Of a stretch of 64,000 nucleotides of DNA, positions 38,795 through 51,299 are shown in pieces. Location: positions 212,504 to 276,503 of the forward strand of contig RDEW01000034.1 in NCBI GenBank assembly GCA_011109175.1. Direction: 5' to 3'. Numbering within the stretch: position 1 is the stretch's first letter; every line of letters begins with the position of its first letter. The stretch comes from Dicyema japonicum (Eukaryota > Animalia > Dicyemida). The notes beneath the pieces were generated by a model. It was not told the origin of the DNA. It did not search any database and saw only the letters and a program-made list of their open reading frames with translations. Position numbers and translations under genes: made by a program.

Positions 38795-39830
38795 ACAAAT
38801 GTCAGTTGAGGAAACCTGCTGCGTGGATTGCGAACGAGTTCTCTCGGAGTATGGCTATTCCAATCTTTTGTCTTAGCCATAACCCTTCTCGTTGATCCCT
38901 TTTCTTTCTGGCAAGCAATCCTCCGAGTTCTTGCAAGAATTCAGCCGTCATTGGACCAACGGCTCCCGATGATTCGGTCGCAACAGGAGTAAATCGGTAG
39001 CGATCCCGAGGCAAGAATATTTCTTGATTTTTAGGTTTTCCGCGGTCGAAGCAGCTGCTCCAGGTGTCTGAACAGATTTAAAAATGTTCGTGCTTGAGAA
39101 CGTGTCTATGCAAGTTGCGTCCCAGACCAAAGATCTTCCAGACGTGAAGGGGAAAAGGGTCATCCCGTCAGGTCTCTTCCCATCTCCTCGATCAAGACCC
39201 ACTGGTTCAAGCTGTGCTGGGAAGCCTGAAGCCTTCAGAGCTCTGACAATCACATCATTCAGAGCAGCATGACGTGGTCCCCTTCCGGCGCTTCTTCTGC
39301 AGGACAGCGGGTGCAACCCTTTCGCATCGACTGTTTTCCCGCTTTGGCATCGGTGCTCCTGGCAAACGTCTAGTCCCAGCCTTTGTCCGATTCCAATCCT
39401 CAAAGAATCGTCGTCCAAAAAGGTCCCGAGGTTTGGGCAAGGTATTGCACCAAGCCATGCTCCAATCCCTCGACTTGAAGCTGACACCAAACAAGCCAGA
39501 TGATGTTGATTTATTTCTTTTTAAGGTCTTCCAAAATTTTGGAGCAGACAATGTCTTCCCAATTTCTTTGCTTCGTTGTGTCTTCTGGGATTTTGAGTCC
39601 GGACCCGTTCCATTTCCGACAAGCTTCGTCAAATGACTCATTCCAGCAAAGTCCAATTGTGTCATGAAGGACTTGCCGTGTCAAATGGCTGCAGCTTGAG
39701 AGAGACGATAGGTATGCCGGGTACGCAACCTCCAGCACCGATCTCATTCCGACACCCCAAATCCAGAGGGAAGCTTGCATTGTTTCCAACCAAGTTTGTC
39801 GAAGTGGACGTTAATTATTGACTCGACTGT
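38795..39830 (-). mobile_element. CRE element 3' part; the least degraded copy in the window
   Basis: ORF 38948-39490 with [46 protein letters not shown]; ends WLRQKIGIAILRENSFAIHAAGFLN stop. Confidence 0.9.
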
Positions 39831-40429
39831 TTGCTTGAGAGACTTGTCCATTGAAAGTAGAATGTCATATGTTAAATAATCTGTCCCGATGACACAGCTA
39901 TTTATAGGGTTTCTTAACCAATGACGTCACTGTTTGAATCAATAAGGTCACTCCCAATAAATAACGTCAAAACAAGAAATGTGTGGACAGTGAGCCTTGA
40001 AAATCAGCAAAAGCGGACATTCTCATTTTGATTAATTAGTTGTGACTTTTTGTGCTGGACTTACCAAAGATTGTAATCCTGTGGTTAATGTCGAATAGCA
40101 TCACGTCCGTGGTAAAGCATCGGGTCGGGCTGATAGGTTAAATTTATTATTATAAATCATCATGAGACGAAATTTTTAATTTTCAAAATAAAAACATGAT
40201 TGGCGTTCCAAAAGACAAAAATGAGAGAACTTTACATCAGTCCCTTATTTCAAAGGAAAAAATTAAAACATGCTCTACGTTGTTCAGATTGTAAGCAAAA
40301 TTTACGTTTTGTTCAAATTAAATATAATCACATTTTGTTTTTATTGAAAAGTTTTTTACGACTCTTTCTGCTGACGAGAAGTATACGGTGGTTATGCTTT
40401 GTCGCTAGTTGGACAGGGAGAAACAATCT

Positions 40430-41130
40430 GGAGTAACCAAGAAAAGATTAAAGTCATGGAAAAAATTGTCGACATTTGAATGGAGGAAAAAATTTCGTAT
40501 GGACAACCAAATGTTTGAATAGAATAGAAGGTCCTTTTACAGGAATTTGAATTCAGGACAAAATAATATTAATACCTCAATTGATAATGAAAAATGCGCA
40601 GATTTTTGGGAAGAATTATGGAAAGGAGGAGTCAAAATTCGGATCAAAATGATCACTGTTAATAAAAAAAATATGAACGGTTTATGGCTGATTGCATCGA
40701 TCTAAGCAATTTGGTTCATTACTATTTAAATCATTTTGGCCGTGACAGGGTATAAAAAACCAAATTTACACCATCACGAGAAATAAAGTCTATGCTGACA
40801 GGTATAACTGTTTTAATTAATGTAGTCTTTGATCTGCATCTACCAATTCTATGGAAAATTAGGAGAATATATACAAATACTGAAAAAAATGGTTTTCTAT
40901 TATAACAATTCTATTCATGAAAAACCCTTCATATGAATTTAATGTGTTCATGTGGACTTCATAAGGAATAAGAAGTAAAGATGAAATAGAATGTTTTCTC
41001 CGTACATGAATCGGTAAAAAAACGTTTGATATAGCAGACAATCTCTATGATGAGAGACTAAAATACGAAAATTCATCCAACATCCTAGTGGAAATTTCAG
41101 ATCACACAATGAAAACAGATACAAAAGCGA
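40430..41130 (+). mobile_element. R4/Dong-like RT-region remnant
   Basis: NRRSFYRNLN..CADFWEELWK and degenerate RT motifs. Confidence 0.5.
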
Positions 41131-41260
41131 TAATCGACAACATGACAGTTGACTCAACAAACATATCAGACTGTTGGCGTGGATATCCAACTAACAGTTT
41201 TGTGCTCATAATAAATATTTTTTTAATTCCAATAAAATTTTGACATGGTAATAAATTATC

Positions 41261-42180
41261 ATATTTTCAATAATATATAATTTTTACAAATAAGAAAAAA
41301 ATTTGAATAAAAGATCACAGTAAATACCGAAAAATCAAATAGTGAAGAATAACCCATGATTATTGGTTACCGATATATTATATTGAGATTTTGCTAGTAG
41401 CCTTCAACACTATTTGATGAATCCAATAATATATATAATATTGAATCAAATTTATGGCAATACAACAAAAAATACAATAAAATACAAAAAATAAAAAATA
41501 TAACCAACCACAGATTCGTGGAAACTACACGCCAAATAAAATTCTAATGTATTGAAAGGTTCGCCATATTGTAAAATAATTTGTAAAAGAACCCTGGAGT
41601 CTGCGGGATACCCCGCCATACTTGAACCTGTTGGCCTGGACAAAGGAGATGGAAAACGTCCCGACGGGATCACAATTTTCCCATTTGAAGAGGGGAAACC
41701 TTTGGTCTGGGACGCTACTTGTGTCGACACACTTTGCCCGGCCAACATTGTCGGGAGCGCAGTAGACACACTGTATGCCGCGGAAAAAAAGATGAGGACA
41801 AGGAGAAGAACACGAAGCGCTTCGCTACTCATTCGCGTTTTATCCGATTCTTAAAATAAATAAAGTTTAAATAAATTTGTCAAAATTTGACTTTTATTAA
41901 TAAATCTAATTATAATTAACTGGTGACATAAGTATTAAACGAACGAATTTATGGACTCCTTTCAGAGACCAGCTTAAGCATATTTTCTCCTTCCATTGGA
42001 ACCACTACAGACCGCCGTCAGGCATTTTTTGAAAATGATTGATGAAGATAGCGATCCATGAGGCGAGATGGAGGCTGTTTCGACATCTACTTTGTCTGGA
42101 TCTGGGAACCCCCCAAACGTGGCTACAGTGGATTACTTTGTTATGGACATTCCGCTTTTTCCGATCGAACTAAGACAACC
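41261..42180 (+). repeat. Composite repeat C, copy 2, interrupted by a CRE fragment
   Basis: Colinear with 33300-34070 apart from an insert at ~41580-41850. Confidence 0.85.
41580..41850 (+). mobile_element. Doubly truncated CRE subfamily 2 RLE fragment inserted in repeat C
   Basis: [46 protein letters not shown]; lacks the 3' end present at 10255-10470. Confidence 0.85.
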
Positions 42181-42499
42181 CTCCTGGCGTGTTTTGGATA
42201 CTATCATAAAAGAGTAGTTTCTTGTAAGGATTGACATCAAACTCGTCTGGTTCTAGGTAAATTCATAGACGGTAAATTCAGGTCACCAGGTTGGCAAGTT
42301 CCTAGATAGAAAAGGTCGAAATTTTAATTTTTTTATATTGGGTGATCCCGGCCTCTAAACAACCATCTCACTTTTGTTCGGTGTTCGATCTGATGCGCCT
42401 CCTGTGCGTTTGTGTTACTTGTGGAAACTCTGGAGGTGTCATTTTTGAATAACAGGATTAATAAAGATTTACCAACTTTATTTAACCAACAATAAAAAA

Positions 42500-43300
42500 G
42501 TTAATATATTTAATAATCAACAACTTTCCTCAGGCAGGTTCGATTCTGGTTGCTTAAACAACTTTGAGAGCGCCTGTCCAATTGAACCCACTGCCCATGT
42601 GGCATCTCCGGGCTCTGCCTCCTATACTCCAGTGTCAGGCTCTCTAGGGTTAGTTTTAATACAGTGGAATGTAGATAGGCTCTGTCTGTCTCCAAGCAAT
42701 CTTGGTACAGATCTGCTCCCTCCATTTACTTGGTGGTCTGGCTCGTCCGTCAATTCCTCATAGGTGATCTGTAGTGCACAGCACTAGGGAGATGTAACCC
42801 AATGACCTTATTGGCTTAGCCTCTAGCGCATAAGCCACAGCCTTATTGATACGGTTAACAATACTCCGTTAACCATTCTATGAGGGATCTTGCGGGAAAA
42901 TCTACGGTCCTCAATTGGGACATTTGCCGCTGCAACGAGATTCTGCGCAAAGACCTCACAAGCATGCTTGAGCTGCAACGTATCACAGCTCTGGTGCTCG
43001 TGTTCTCTTTGACAATTGTGGTTATCAGGTCCCTGCCACTTTAGACCAGTACCCTCTTTGCCTACAACCAGTTTCTTGAGTTCAATCATAGATTTAGCAG
43101 TACTAAATCTGTCACTGCAGAGCTCCGCCAAGTATGGCCAGCCATTCCAGGGCATTCGGGATAGCCTGCTACGTACCTGAAGGACTACCTGCCACTTCCA
43201 TTCTTTTGGGCCAGCGCCACAAAATTCTCGGATATAGCAAGAATTATATTCTTACCATCTGGTAACGCAAGTGACCCTTCTCCATTTTTCTTTTCAACAT
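42500..43300 (-). mobile_element. Possible R2/NeSL-like RLE retrotransposon remnant
   Basis: Minus-strand Cys-containing segment followed by SIVNRINKAV (RHNxIVNRI-like). Confidence 0.35.
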
Positions 43301-43809
43301 TTTTACCAACTCGAGTGAGTTTTAACGCCACCGAATCGAACGCACGTTGCATGTAGTCATAAAATAAAAATTATTATTTAAATAATTTTTAAATTTTATT
43401 TTCTAAAAATATGTTTTTCAGCACGTTGCTTCTTGTGGTGGTTTGGTTTTATTAGAAAATCTTGCTTATTTGATTTTCTAAGCTATGTTTATGCTATAGT
43501 CTGTATTTAAATTGTTAACAAATGCATAAATTCAATGATGTCTGGAATTGCCGTATGATTAGTTGATTACTATCTACACTCTCTGAGAATTCTGCATTTT
43601 TGGTAGAGTTAACAAAATGTTTCCTATTACATAATGTATGGTTTAAGATCTTATATAGGACAAAAATTCTAAACCACCTGAGTGTGGTCTAGTCGATACG
43701 TTATTCTAAGAATATGATTTTGTCGACATATCAAGTCAAGATTTGATCTGACAAATCAATTATACTTTATTTTGTAAAGTTAATTTTTTTAGTGAAGAAC
43801 AGTTGTCAT

Positions 43810-44100
43810 AACTAATCGATAAGAAAGAACCAAGATGAATAATTATAAATGACATGCCTTCCCATAGAAGCAACGATACTGTGATCCTTGCTTATACTGA
43901 CTACATAATCTTGGCAACAAGAGAAAGTATCGACTGGGAAATGATGTCGGTGCAGGCCATCACAAACCAAGCATTTCCCCCTAGAGAAGGGGAAGACAGT
44001 CCAGACGCTTTCTATCTCAACGATCCATGCCCACCGGTTCCAGAGATGACGAGAATCCAACCGCCTCAAGAGAGCGCTTCACAACCTTGTTGATAATGGC
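43810..44100 (-). mobile_element. CRE RLE remnant
   Basis: FPFSRGKCLVCD (FPFxxGKxLVWD) with upstream EPVG-like sequence. Confidence 0.6.
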
Positions 44101-44538
44101 ATTCCTCGGGAACCGCTTACTTTTAAGAAGGCACGATAGCGGATGAAGCCTGCCGATCGACATTCTTTAAAAGGGATCGAAGAGTACATCGATTTATCGC
44201 GAGATCCTAGAGGCTAAATAGAGACTGTTTAGACATATACTTCGTCTGGACCTGAGGACCCGCTCAAACGTAGCAATGGAGGACTAATGTGTAATGGACG
44301 CTCCGCTTTTTTAAGACAACTTTACCGACCATTCTTGATGAAGACCTTAAGGAAATCGGGAAAAGCCTCAATGACGGGGAAGATCTTGACAGACTGAAAC
44401 ATGGCAAAGAGACGTCAGTTATGTAAAAAGTAACTAGTAGTTTAATGGTCCGATCATTAGTCCTTTCTAATAATAAATAAATAAATCAGAGATAATTTTG
44501 GCTTCACGTGTAGATAAATTTGCCTAATCAGGCCTCTC

Positions 44539-44822
44539 AGACTGGACCCGACTACGCCATGTAACAGAATAATGGAAGAATATTTCTACTACGCCGGAAG
44601 TCGCGGATTTCGAGGCAGACCAAGAAACACACTTCCAACCTGCTTAAAAGATGACTACGAACAAAATAGTCGTAAATTGGTGACAGCGGACGATCTGGAT
44701 GATGTTCGAATGAGGGCCAGGAACAAGATGGCGTGGGCGAGGATGGCGAGGAGGATGGCTGTAAAACATGGCTCAAGCGAACCCCTTTTTAGGGCCACGC
44801 GAAAGAGCTCTTAACTAACTAA
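44539..44822 (+). mobile_element. 5'-truncated RTE insertion with (TAAC)n tail and perfect 15-bp TSD
   Basis: ctaatcaggcctctc at 44524-44538 and 44823-44837; MEEYF..GFRGRPRNTLPT..DDLDDVRMRARNKMAW; tail ttaactaactaa. Confidence 0.9.
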
Positions 44823-45469
44823 CTAATCAGGCCTCTCTATGACTAATAATACTGCATTTTACAAGGAGCCGTATTAGCTATTGCTCCTCCTAGTCAAGAC
44901 ACCCACTTTATTTTTAAGCAAAGAAAAGTAGTCTAACTAATTGTAGAGGAAGAACTAATAAATAATCTTCACTTCTTTTTTCCTTTTTGTTGAATGAGAG
45001 TCCTTTATAGACGATCCAGTTCCGCTGTGAGATGTTCACTGATAAGAAAAAAGAACGCTCTGTGGAAGAATATTAACAAAAATCGATTAATTACAAAAAA
45101 CCAATTAGAAAAAGTTAAAGAACAAATAGCCAAAATTGTAAATTATAAGACTGGGACGAGGTTTAAAGCAGTCCGATTAATAAAGAAAAAAGAAGCTGCA
45201 TGACAATAGAGTTGGCAGAGGTTATCACAAAAATGTTAAATAAAGTTTTGAAGGAGACTACGAACTAGATATTGGTAGCGGGTGGTTAATTCACCTACCG
45301 AAGCCAAGAAAACTAAAAGGACCTACATATAATCTGAGGTCAATTATTATATTAACGACATTACGGAAAACATTATCCCTTAATGCTGTCCATTAATTTA
45401 TGAACATTATCATCCCCTATGAGGTTCTTAACTTCCAAAGAAATGTCCACGCATTTTAAGCATTCCAGT

Positions 45470-45900
45470 GAAAAGTTACTCGTTTCTTCGTTTTGGTATG
45501 TCTGTATATATTTATATCCAGGAAATGTAGTGGGACTACTTTTAGTAGTTTGACCTCTTAGATAAGTGCAATATCAATGGTTTTTTATTCTGCACATTCA
45601 TATCCGAGGCTACTGTTGAATCCACTTGAATCTCACAAACTTGTTCGCAGTAATAATCTACATGGAATGTTCCTTGAGTCTCTTGTCTTCTTAATTATAT
45701 ATTGACGACACATGTACAGCCACCTCATTATGCCTTCGTAGGTAATCGCTGTTTAGCATATGACCACAGTTTTCCGCAAAGTAGTCGACACCTTTCCTGG
45801 CAGAATTACAGAGCTATAACTGATATGACTCCTCGAAAAGTGCGAATATTATTATTATGAAATGACTAGTAACTCAAATACTGCATTTATTCTTATTGAG
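45470..45900 (-). mobile_element. R4/Dong-like CCHC + RLE remnant
   Basis: Minus strand shows a Cys/His knuckle, a RHNEV-like motif and VDSTVASD..QNKKP similar to 35915. Confidence 0.55.
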
Positions 45901-46380
45901 CAATGATAGTCTCTGATTCTCTTGGAGATAACGATGCTCCTAATCGTGAATTATTAGTAATTTATAGGTTCTTATGTGATTATGCCCTAGATATTTCTAA
46001 TTACCGAAAGTATAGCAGTTTGAATGGCCGGGAAGGAAAGTGAAATTATTGAATGATACAATAAATCTATCAACAAAGAGAGTTTCTTAAACTGACAATA
46101 AAAAATAATTTAAAACGCAAAGTGGTAATATATTACCATTATCAAATTTTACTTTTAAACTTATAGCTTTTATGGAAGGTTAACATATATGACTGTTTAA
46201 TCACTATTATCTGTTCGAGAAGTAGTAGACCGTCTTCTGGTCGTCAGGACGACATGATTATTGTCTAATTCTGTACAGATACGAATCTATATGGTGAAAA
46301 CAACGTAGGCACACCAAGTTGAAACTTACTTTTTGACACGATGAATCATCAAACGCTTCAGCTTTCGAGGTTAAATTGAG

Positions 46381-46482
46381 AAATAGGTCCAACCTCTTCC
46401 ATTTTCATCACACATTCCACCATCGCAGAAATAACTTCATTCTTAGATGGAAGAGTTTTCACTTTGGAAATCTTCATTGGTG
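46381..46482. repeat. Unclassified ~100 bp repeat, copy 2
   Basis: Similar to 1448-1548 and 57350-57450. Confidence 0.6.
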
Positions 46483-46739
46483 ACTTTATTTATACTCTTC
46501 AGAGAAGCTTAATATTATTTGTTTGAAAACTTATAGACCAGCAAGAAAGAAGGTGTTATAGAGAGTATATAGAAGTCATACAAATTTGTTAAACGAGCTT
46601 ATATGAGTTCAGTGAAATCTGTTTCATTATCCAATTCACAAGGTGAAAGTGCAATATGAGACATAGGTGAATTCATATCCGTTGCTAAAAGGCCACCACC
46701 AAAACCTTCAATTTGTAAGCAGATTACAAAATATTTTTT

Positions 46740-47093
46740 AACCAAGGCGTGAAAACAGATCCAGAAAGTTTTGATTCCTAGATAAGTGCAATATCCACTT
46801 TGATTCTGTCCGTGAATTGAACCTCTCTTCCGAGGGACATCCAGGTAAACCTGGATCGTCTAAGATTTGGGTACCACCCCTCAATAAAGGCGTATGTACG
46901 TAAACTGGATTATCTAAATATGTTCCTTTTGCGAACTTTCCAAGTTGAAAACAAATCACTATCTTGAATGTCCTGAATTAGTAAACGATTCGTGTACAAT
47001 TCGAGGACTGAACGATCTATGTGAGCAACCAGTATTTGCAGCGTCCAAGGAATGAGGCCAGGATTACTTAAGGAAGTAACTAACTAACTAACT
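46740..47093 (+). mobile_element. LINE family A-type 3' end with (TAAC)4 tail
   Basis: DIQVNLDRLRFGYHPSIKAY.. and NHYLECP parallel 1950-2090; tail at 47077-47093. Confidence 0.7.
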
Positions 47094-47719
47094 TTAAAAA
47101 AGATCCAGCCATCGTAAGATTGATCAATTTCGGAGTAACAATCTAATTATTTTAGTCATTTATTAATTTTATTTCCATTGTTTCATTATTTAAAATAATT
47201 ATTTAATCCAACTAATAAAATATTAATTATTCAAAATGAAATTTATTTTAAATATCATTATCTTAAAGCATCTAGTAATAATACATCAAATGATAATGTA
47301 GTATAAATTTTGCTCGATTCTTGAACCAAAAATTTGTTCTGTTTTCTACACAAACCGTATAAATCTTTCGCCTTTTACTAAAGATTTCCGTGTGTAGGGA
47401 TATCAGTGAATATCCATTTTTTGTGCCTCTTTTGAGGTTTTTAAAAAAAAAATTTAATTACACCATAACATATTCTACATTGATTTAAAGATCCTTTAAT
47501 CTCCATGCACATAAACAGTAAATCGAATATACGCTCCCAGGATGCATGTCCCATTATCTTAAGGAAACGAATCGATTTCTCCTTTATTCTTCCATTTGTC
47601 TCAATGAAACTAAACGTCGATGTTTTTTTTTAAATAAATGCAAAATTTGGCTAAAATTGTAGGATTAACGAAATAATTTTATATGAAATAAACGTCAAAC
47701 AGTCCACGCTATAATTCTG

Positions 47720-48450
47720 TTGATGGTTCTGTGCCTCGGATTTTTTTTCCAGGATGTGAAGATCATCCTTCCGCATCAGAATCTGTCTAATTTTTTGACC
47801 ACGCGTTCAGCTAGCGATCCGTTTATGTTGGGTATTATCTGCCACATGAGATCCATAGAAGATTTGACTGAGGGTAGGGAAGTTGAAAGATCGAGTCTCA
47901 GTTGTGAACGGATCCCAATCCCTCCAAAACAAAGTGGTAACTTTTATCGGATCCAGCCATTTTCATAAAATGAAATATTAATATTTCTTCAACGGCGCCT
48001 CTTAACCTCTCTTGGTTCTTAAGAAATCCATGTCCTTGAAACAGGATGCTGTCCATAAATAAGTAGATGAGGCGTGAGATGGAAATTCTGGGGGAAGATA
48101 ACTCTGTTATTAAGAGTTGTTAGGTTGACGACAATAGTTATACAGATTCATAGTTCTTTTGCAGGAAAGTTGGAACTTTCTTGTGATACAGCTGGAAGCC
48201 AAGAAAAATCAGTTTGGAGCTTAGAAATTTACAAGTTCCTCTGGCAGCAATCTTCACGTCAGGCGTCTAAGGTACATTGTCTATAGCAATGGATCTTAAC
48301 CCATCTACAAACTTTTCTCAAGGCAATTGATTTTGATGCAAACAGAAGTTCACGGACAGAATCTGAAAGCTCTTCCGATGAATGTGGTCAGTAAGAGACT
48401 TTATTGAATTGTTTAGGGTGTTTCCCATATAACAGAAGTAAGGTCCTTAA
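47720..48450 (-). mobile_element. CRE RT/post-RT remnant
   Basis: ENGWI..KLPLCFGGIGIRS..SVKSSMDLM (QATLPxxxGGLGIRS-like). Confidence 0.6.
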
Positions 48451-48714
48451 TATGGCTTAATAGGCCGGAAAAACAAAGTTTAATTTTATTTAGTTGGCAA
48501 AGGGTAGGAAGGATGAATTAATTCAAAATTTCTGTTAAAAATATTTGAGCGTATAAATCGCTGATGAACTAAACAAAGCCCTCCATGGTAACTAGTAGGC
48601 TGTGAGCAAACGAATTAAGTTGCTAGTAATTATAGTAATTTTTAAAAACTATTGAGTAATTTTCACAGATATTTATTAATTGTTAAAACAAAATAAAATA
48701 AAGAAACACTCATA

Positions 48715-49020
48715 CAGTGGCCTTCTTGACTGCTTACCTATTCCCTCTACGATGGCGAACGAGATTCGTTCAAATAGTCAGCAGCGCTCACGAAGATCTC
48801 TTGTGGTTATTATGGTGGCACTCTAGTATTTTGAAAAGAAGTGCATTTTATCTTGGGACTCCCACGAGACTGGAGGAATACTTTGTTATGGATGCTCCGC
48901 TGTTCCCCAGTCAACCAAAAATAACCATACTGACGAAAAAGACCCTAAAGAATCGGTAGACGCCTCACGATGTGGAGGACTTACGAGACATGACGAGGAG
49001 TCTCCAAAAATGGAAGATTT
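48715..49020 (+). mobile_element. RTE 3' remnant
   Basis: LEEYFVMDAPLFPSQPKITIL..DVEDLRDM. Confidence 0.6.
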
Positions 49021-49199
49021 CAACTAGTAATTGATTTTACGTGTTGCACATGTCACGCCTATGAGATAGCGTAGGTGCCAATAATAGTTGTAGCTGTGTG
49101 TAAAAATCCATGATATGTTCTTCATAGCTAACCACATATGACTCGTATTTTAAGAGCGGTCAGAATTAATGATCTAACATGTAATTCCTCGTTACTCCT

Positions 49200-49550
49200 C
49201 CAGGTAGTTTATCTGAATATTCTCAAAGACGAGATTTGACCCATCTACATGTGTTGATACATTCTCTCCGAAGAATTTGGCCGCTTTAGTCTCTGACCTA
49301 ATTTATGCTTTTGAAAAAGCCGAAGATCACAAGAGAAGAAAGTACTGAAGCATTTCGGAGGATCACTTGTTTGTCCCATTTGCTGTTGAAACGTAAGGAA
49401 TTTTTGGCACACAAGCTGAAGATATAGTCCGAAAGATAGGCTCAATGATCCAAAGGGTCATCAAGGATCGACATAAGACTGGATGGCTTCGGGAGCGTAT
49501 CTCAATAGCCATTGTCAGAAGAAACAACATGGCCATTCAATCTTTCTAAA
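49200..49550 (+). mobile_element. CRE 3' end
   Basis: STCVDTFS.., FVPFAVET, WLRERISIAIVRRNN. Confidence 0.7.
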
Positions 49551-49639
49551 TTAAGTGCTCTTTTAACTTTAATTTTTTTATGTTCAATGATTACGTTTGC
49601 AAAAAAAATTTTTTTATTCAATCATTTAAATCAATAATG

Positions 49640-49930
49640 TTAATTCCTGACAAGGTCTCCATTATCGGCTGCTGGCATCGAGCACGCATGGGAGTTATTT
49701 CTCATTGTCATGAGCTTAATTTTCTGGAAGAGGCATCGTTTCATTCACTCTTCCGCTGTCCTCCAAGCAGTCTGATTGACATGCTAAAATCAGTGTGCTC
49801 GGGCCAAAAATGCCAGAAGTCTCAATTTAGATCTACTGTAATTTGAACCAACCCCCAATGCCAAATACTTTTCTTTTTCAAAACTTCAGTTCTTGCTGCG
49901 AAACCCGAGCGCGAAAATGACTTAAGCAGA
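49640..49930 (-). mobile_element. CRE 3' end, tail-to-tail with the preceding copy
   Basis: Minus-strand PGFAARTEVLKKKKY..LFQKI; similar to 53010-53440. Confidence 0.55.
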
Positions 49931-50629
49931 TTCGCTTTAGTGAATCCTGTCTATATCCGCAATTGTGGTAACCCCTCCAGTTGACTAATGAAAAGCAAGA
50001 TTCTTTTTGTTATCAGCTACCCATTGGGCGTCTCTTACAAGTTATCAAAAAAATAAAGTAGTTTTTAAATTTACTGATGACTTCTTTACCAATTCTTACT
50101 ACCTCCCCAGAAGTTACGAGGTGATTGAGATGAAAAGCATTTTTCAACTTCCTTAGTTCACCAGAGTACGATGATCTTTGAAATGTTTTAAATTACTATA
50201 AAACCTTAATTTTCTTTTTCTTTCAATGAGAAAAGTCAGATATACTCAGAAAGAAGATAAGTGACGACAAATTGAATATATCCAGTTCTCGCTACTGCAG
50301 ATGCAGAGACGAGTCCTTCTAATGTTACACAAAAGTCTTTAAGAACCATAGGTAAGTTAAGAGAACTTACTGTTATGTAAACTTGCAGAAATACATACAC
50401 AAGAAATAGATAGAGTTGTGAAAATTTGTAGCCGTAGTTTCATCAGAGACATAGCAACATCAGTTCAACATACAGCAAAGCTCATTGAACTACGGTTCAC
50501 TGACATTTTAAAGTTTGTAAGATATTAAAAGTTGATTAATCGTTACTTTCGGTCACACGGTTAAATCGATTTTACGGATCGTTCTCAACCTTAAATCATT
50601 GTCAACTGGTCACAATGATTTATTTATTT

Positions 50630-51230
50630 TGTCTCATTTTGAACGTCTCAGAACAAAGGAACAACTAAAAGCAACATTCAAACGTATGGAGATGCTGGAC
50701 TCACAGACATCTCTATTCCTGCTGAGAACGCCTTGCCAGCACAAAAATTAAGCTACGTTCTTTGGGGGCACGTTGTTATCAGAAAATGCAACACCTCAAA
50801 CTATCGATTCCATCTTCAGGACCACTATCGAACGTCTTACAAATGTTAATTTTGATGACCAAGGGTGGACCAAGCAACCTGACCTGTTAGCTTTGGTAAT
50901 CTGGGAATCCCCTTACTAAATGATTTAGCACGCCCTGCGTATCTGTTATTCTTGTGCTCCAGTCAGTATTTGATCAAGATGATTCTCTAACTCCAAACAG
51001 AATCGATGGAGATCAGAGATATGGAGCATCTGAGAGTCAAGATGCCTGAACAGAAAGACTGATAGAGGTCCATCTGCGAAGATAAATATGAGAGGCTTCT
51101 GAACCAATCAAGCGAACACCAATGTGCTTGTCTAGTCACTGGAAGATACAAATTGAGTGGCACTGATCAATGCACTCCCAATCGGTAGCGTCGGTACCCA
51201 CCATGATGACGATACTTTCCTCACCGGTAA
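50630..51230 (+). mobile_element. CRE post-RT remnant
   Basis: SLFLLR.., NVNFDDQGWTQATxPVSFGNLGI-like and DDDTF motifs. Confidence 0.6.
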
Positions 51231-51299
51231 TCGCCACATGACAGCCTTATTGCTTTCATACAATAACTACGTAACAGCTTAGAATAACACGGTGGCTCT

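Noticed and set aside
38948-39490. PD-(D/E)xK-like nuclease ORF as a restriction enzyme or novel defence/RNA-guided nuclease
   Set aside because: Preceded by the CCHC knuckle and post-RT motifs of CRE retrotransposons and present as many decayed copies; it is the ordinary RLE domain
44811-44826. (TTAG/TAAC)n as interstitial telomere repeat
   Set aside because: The unit is 4 nt, not TTAGG or TTAGGG, and it always sits at LINE 3' ends
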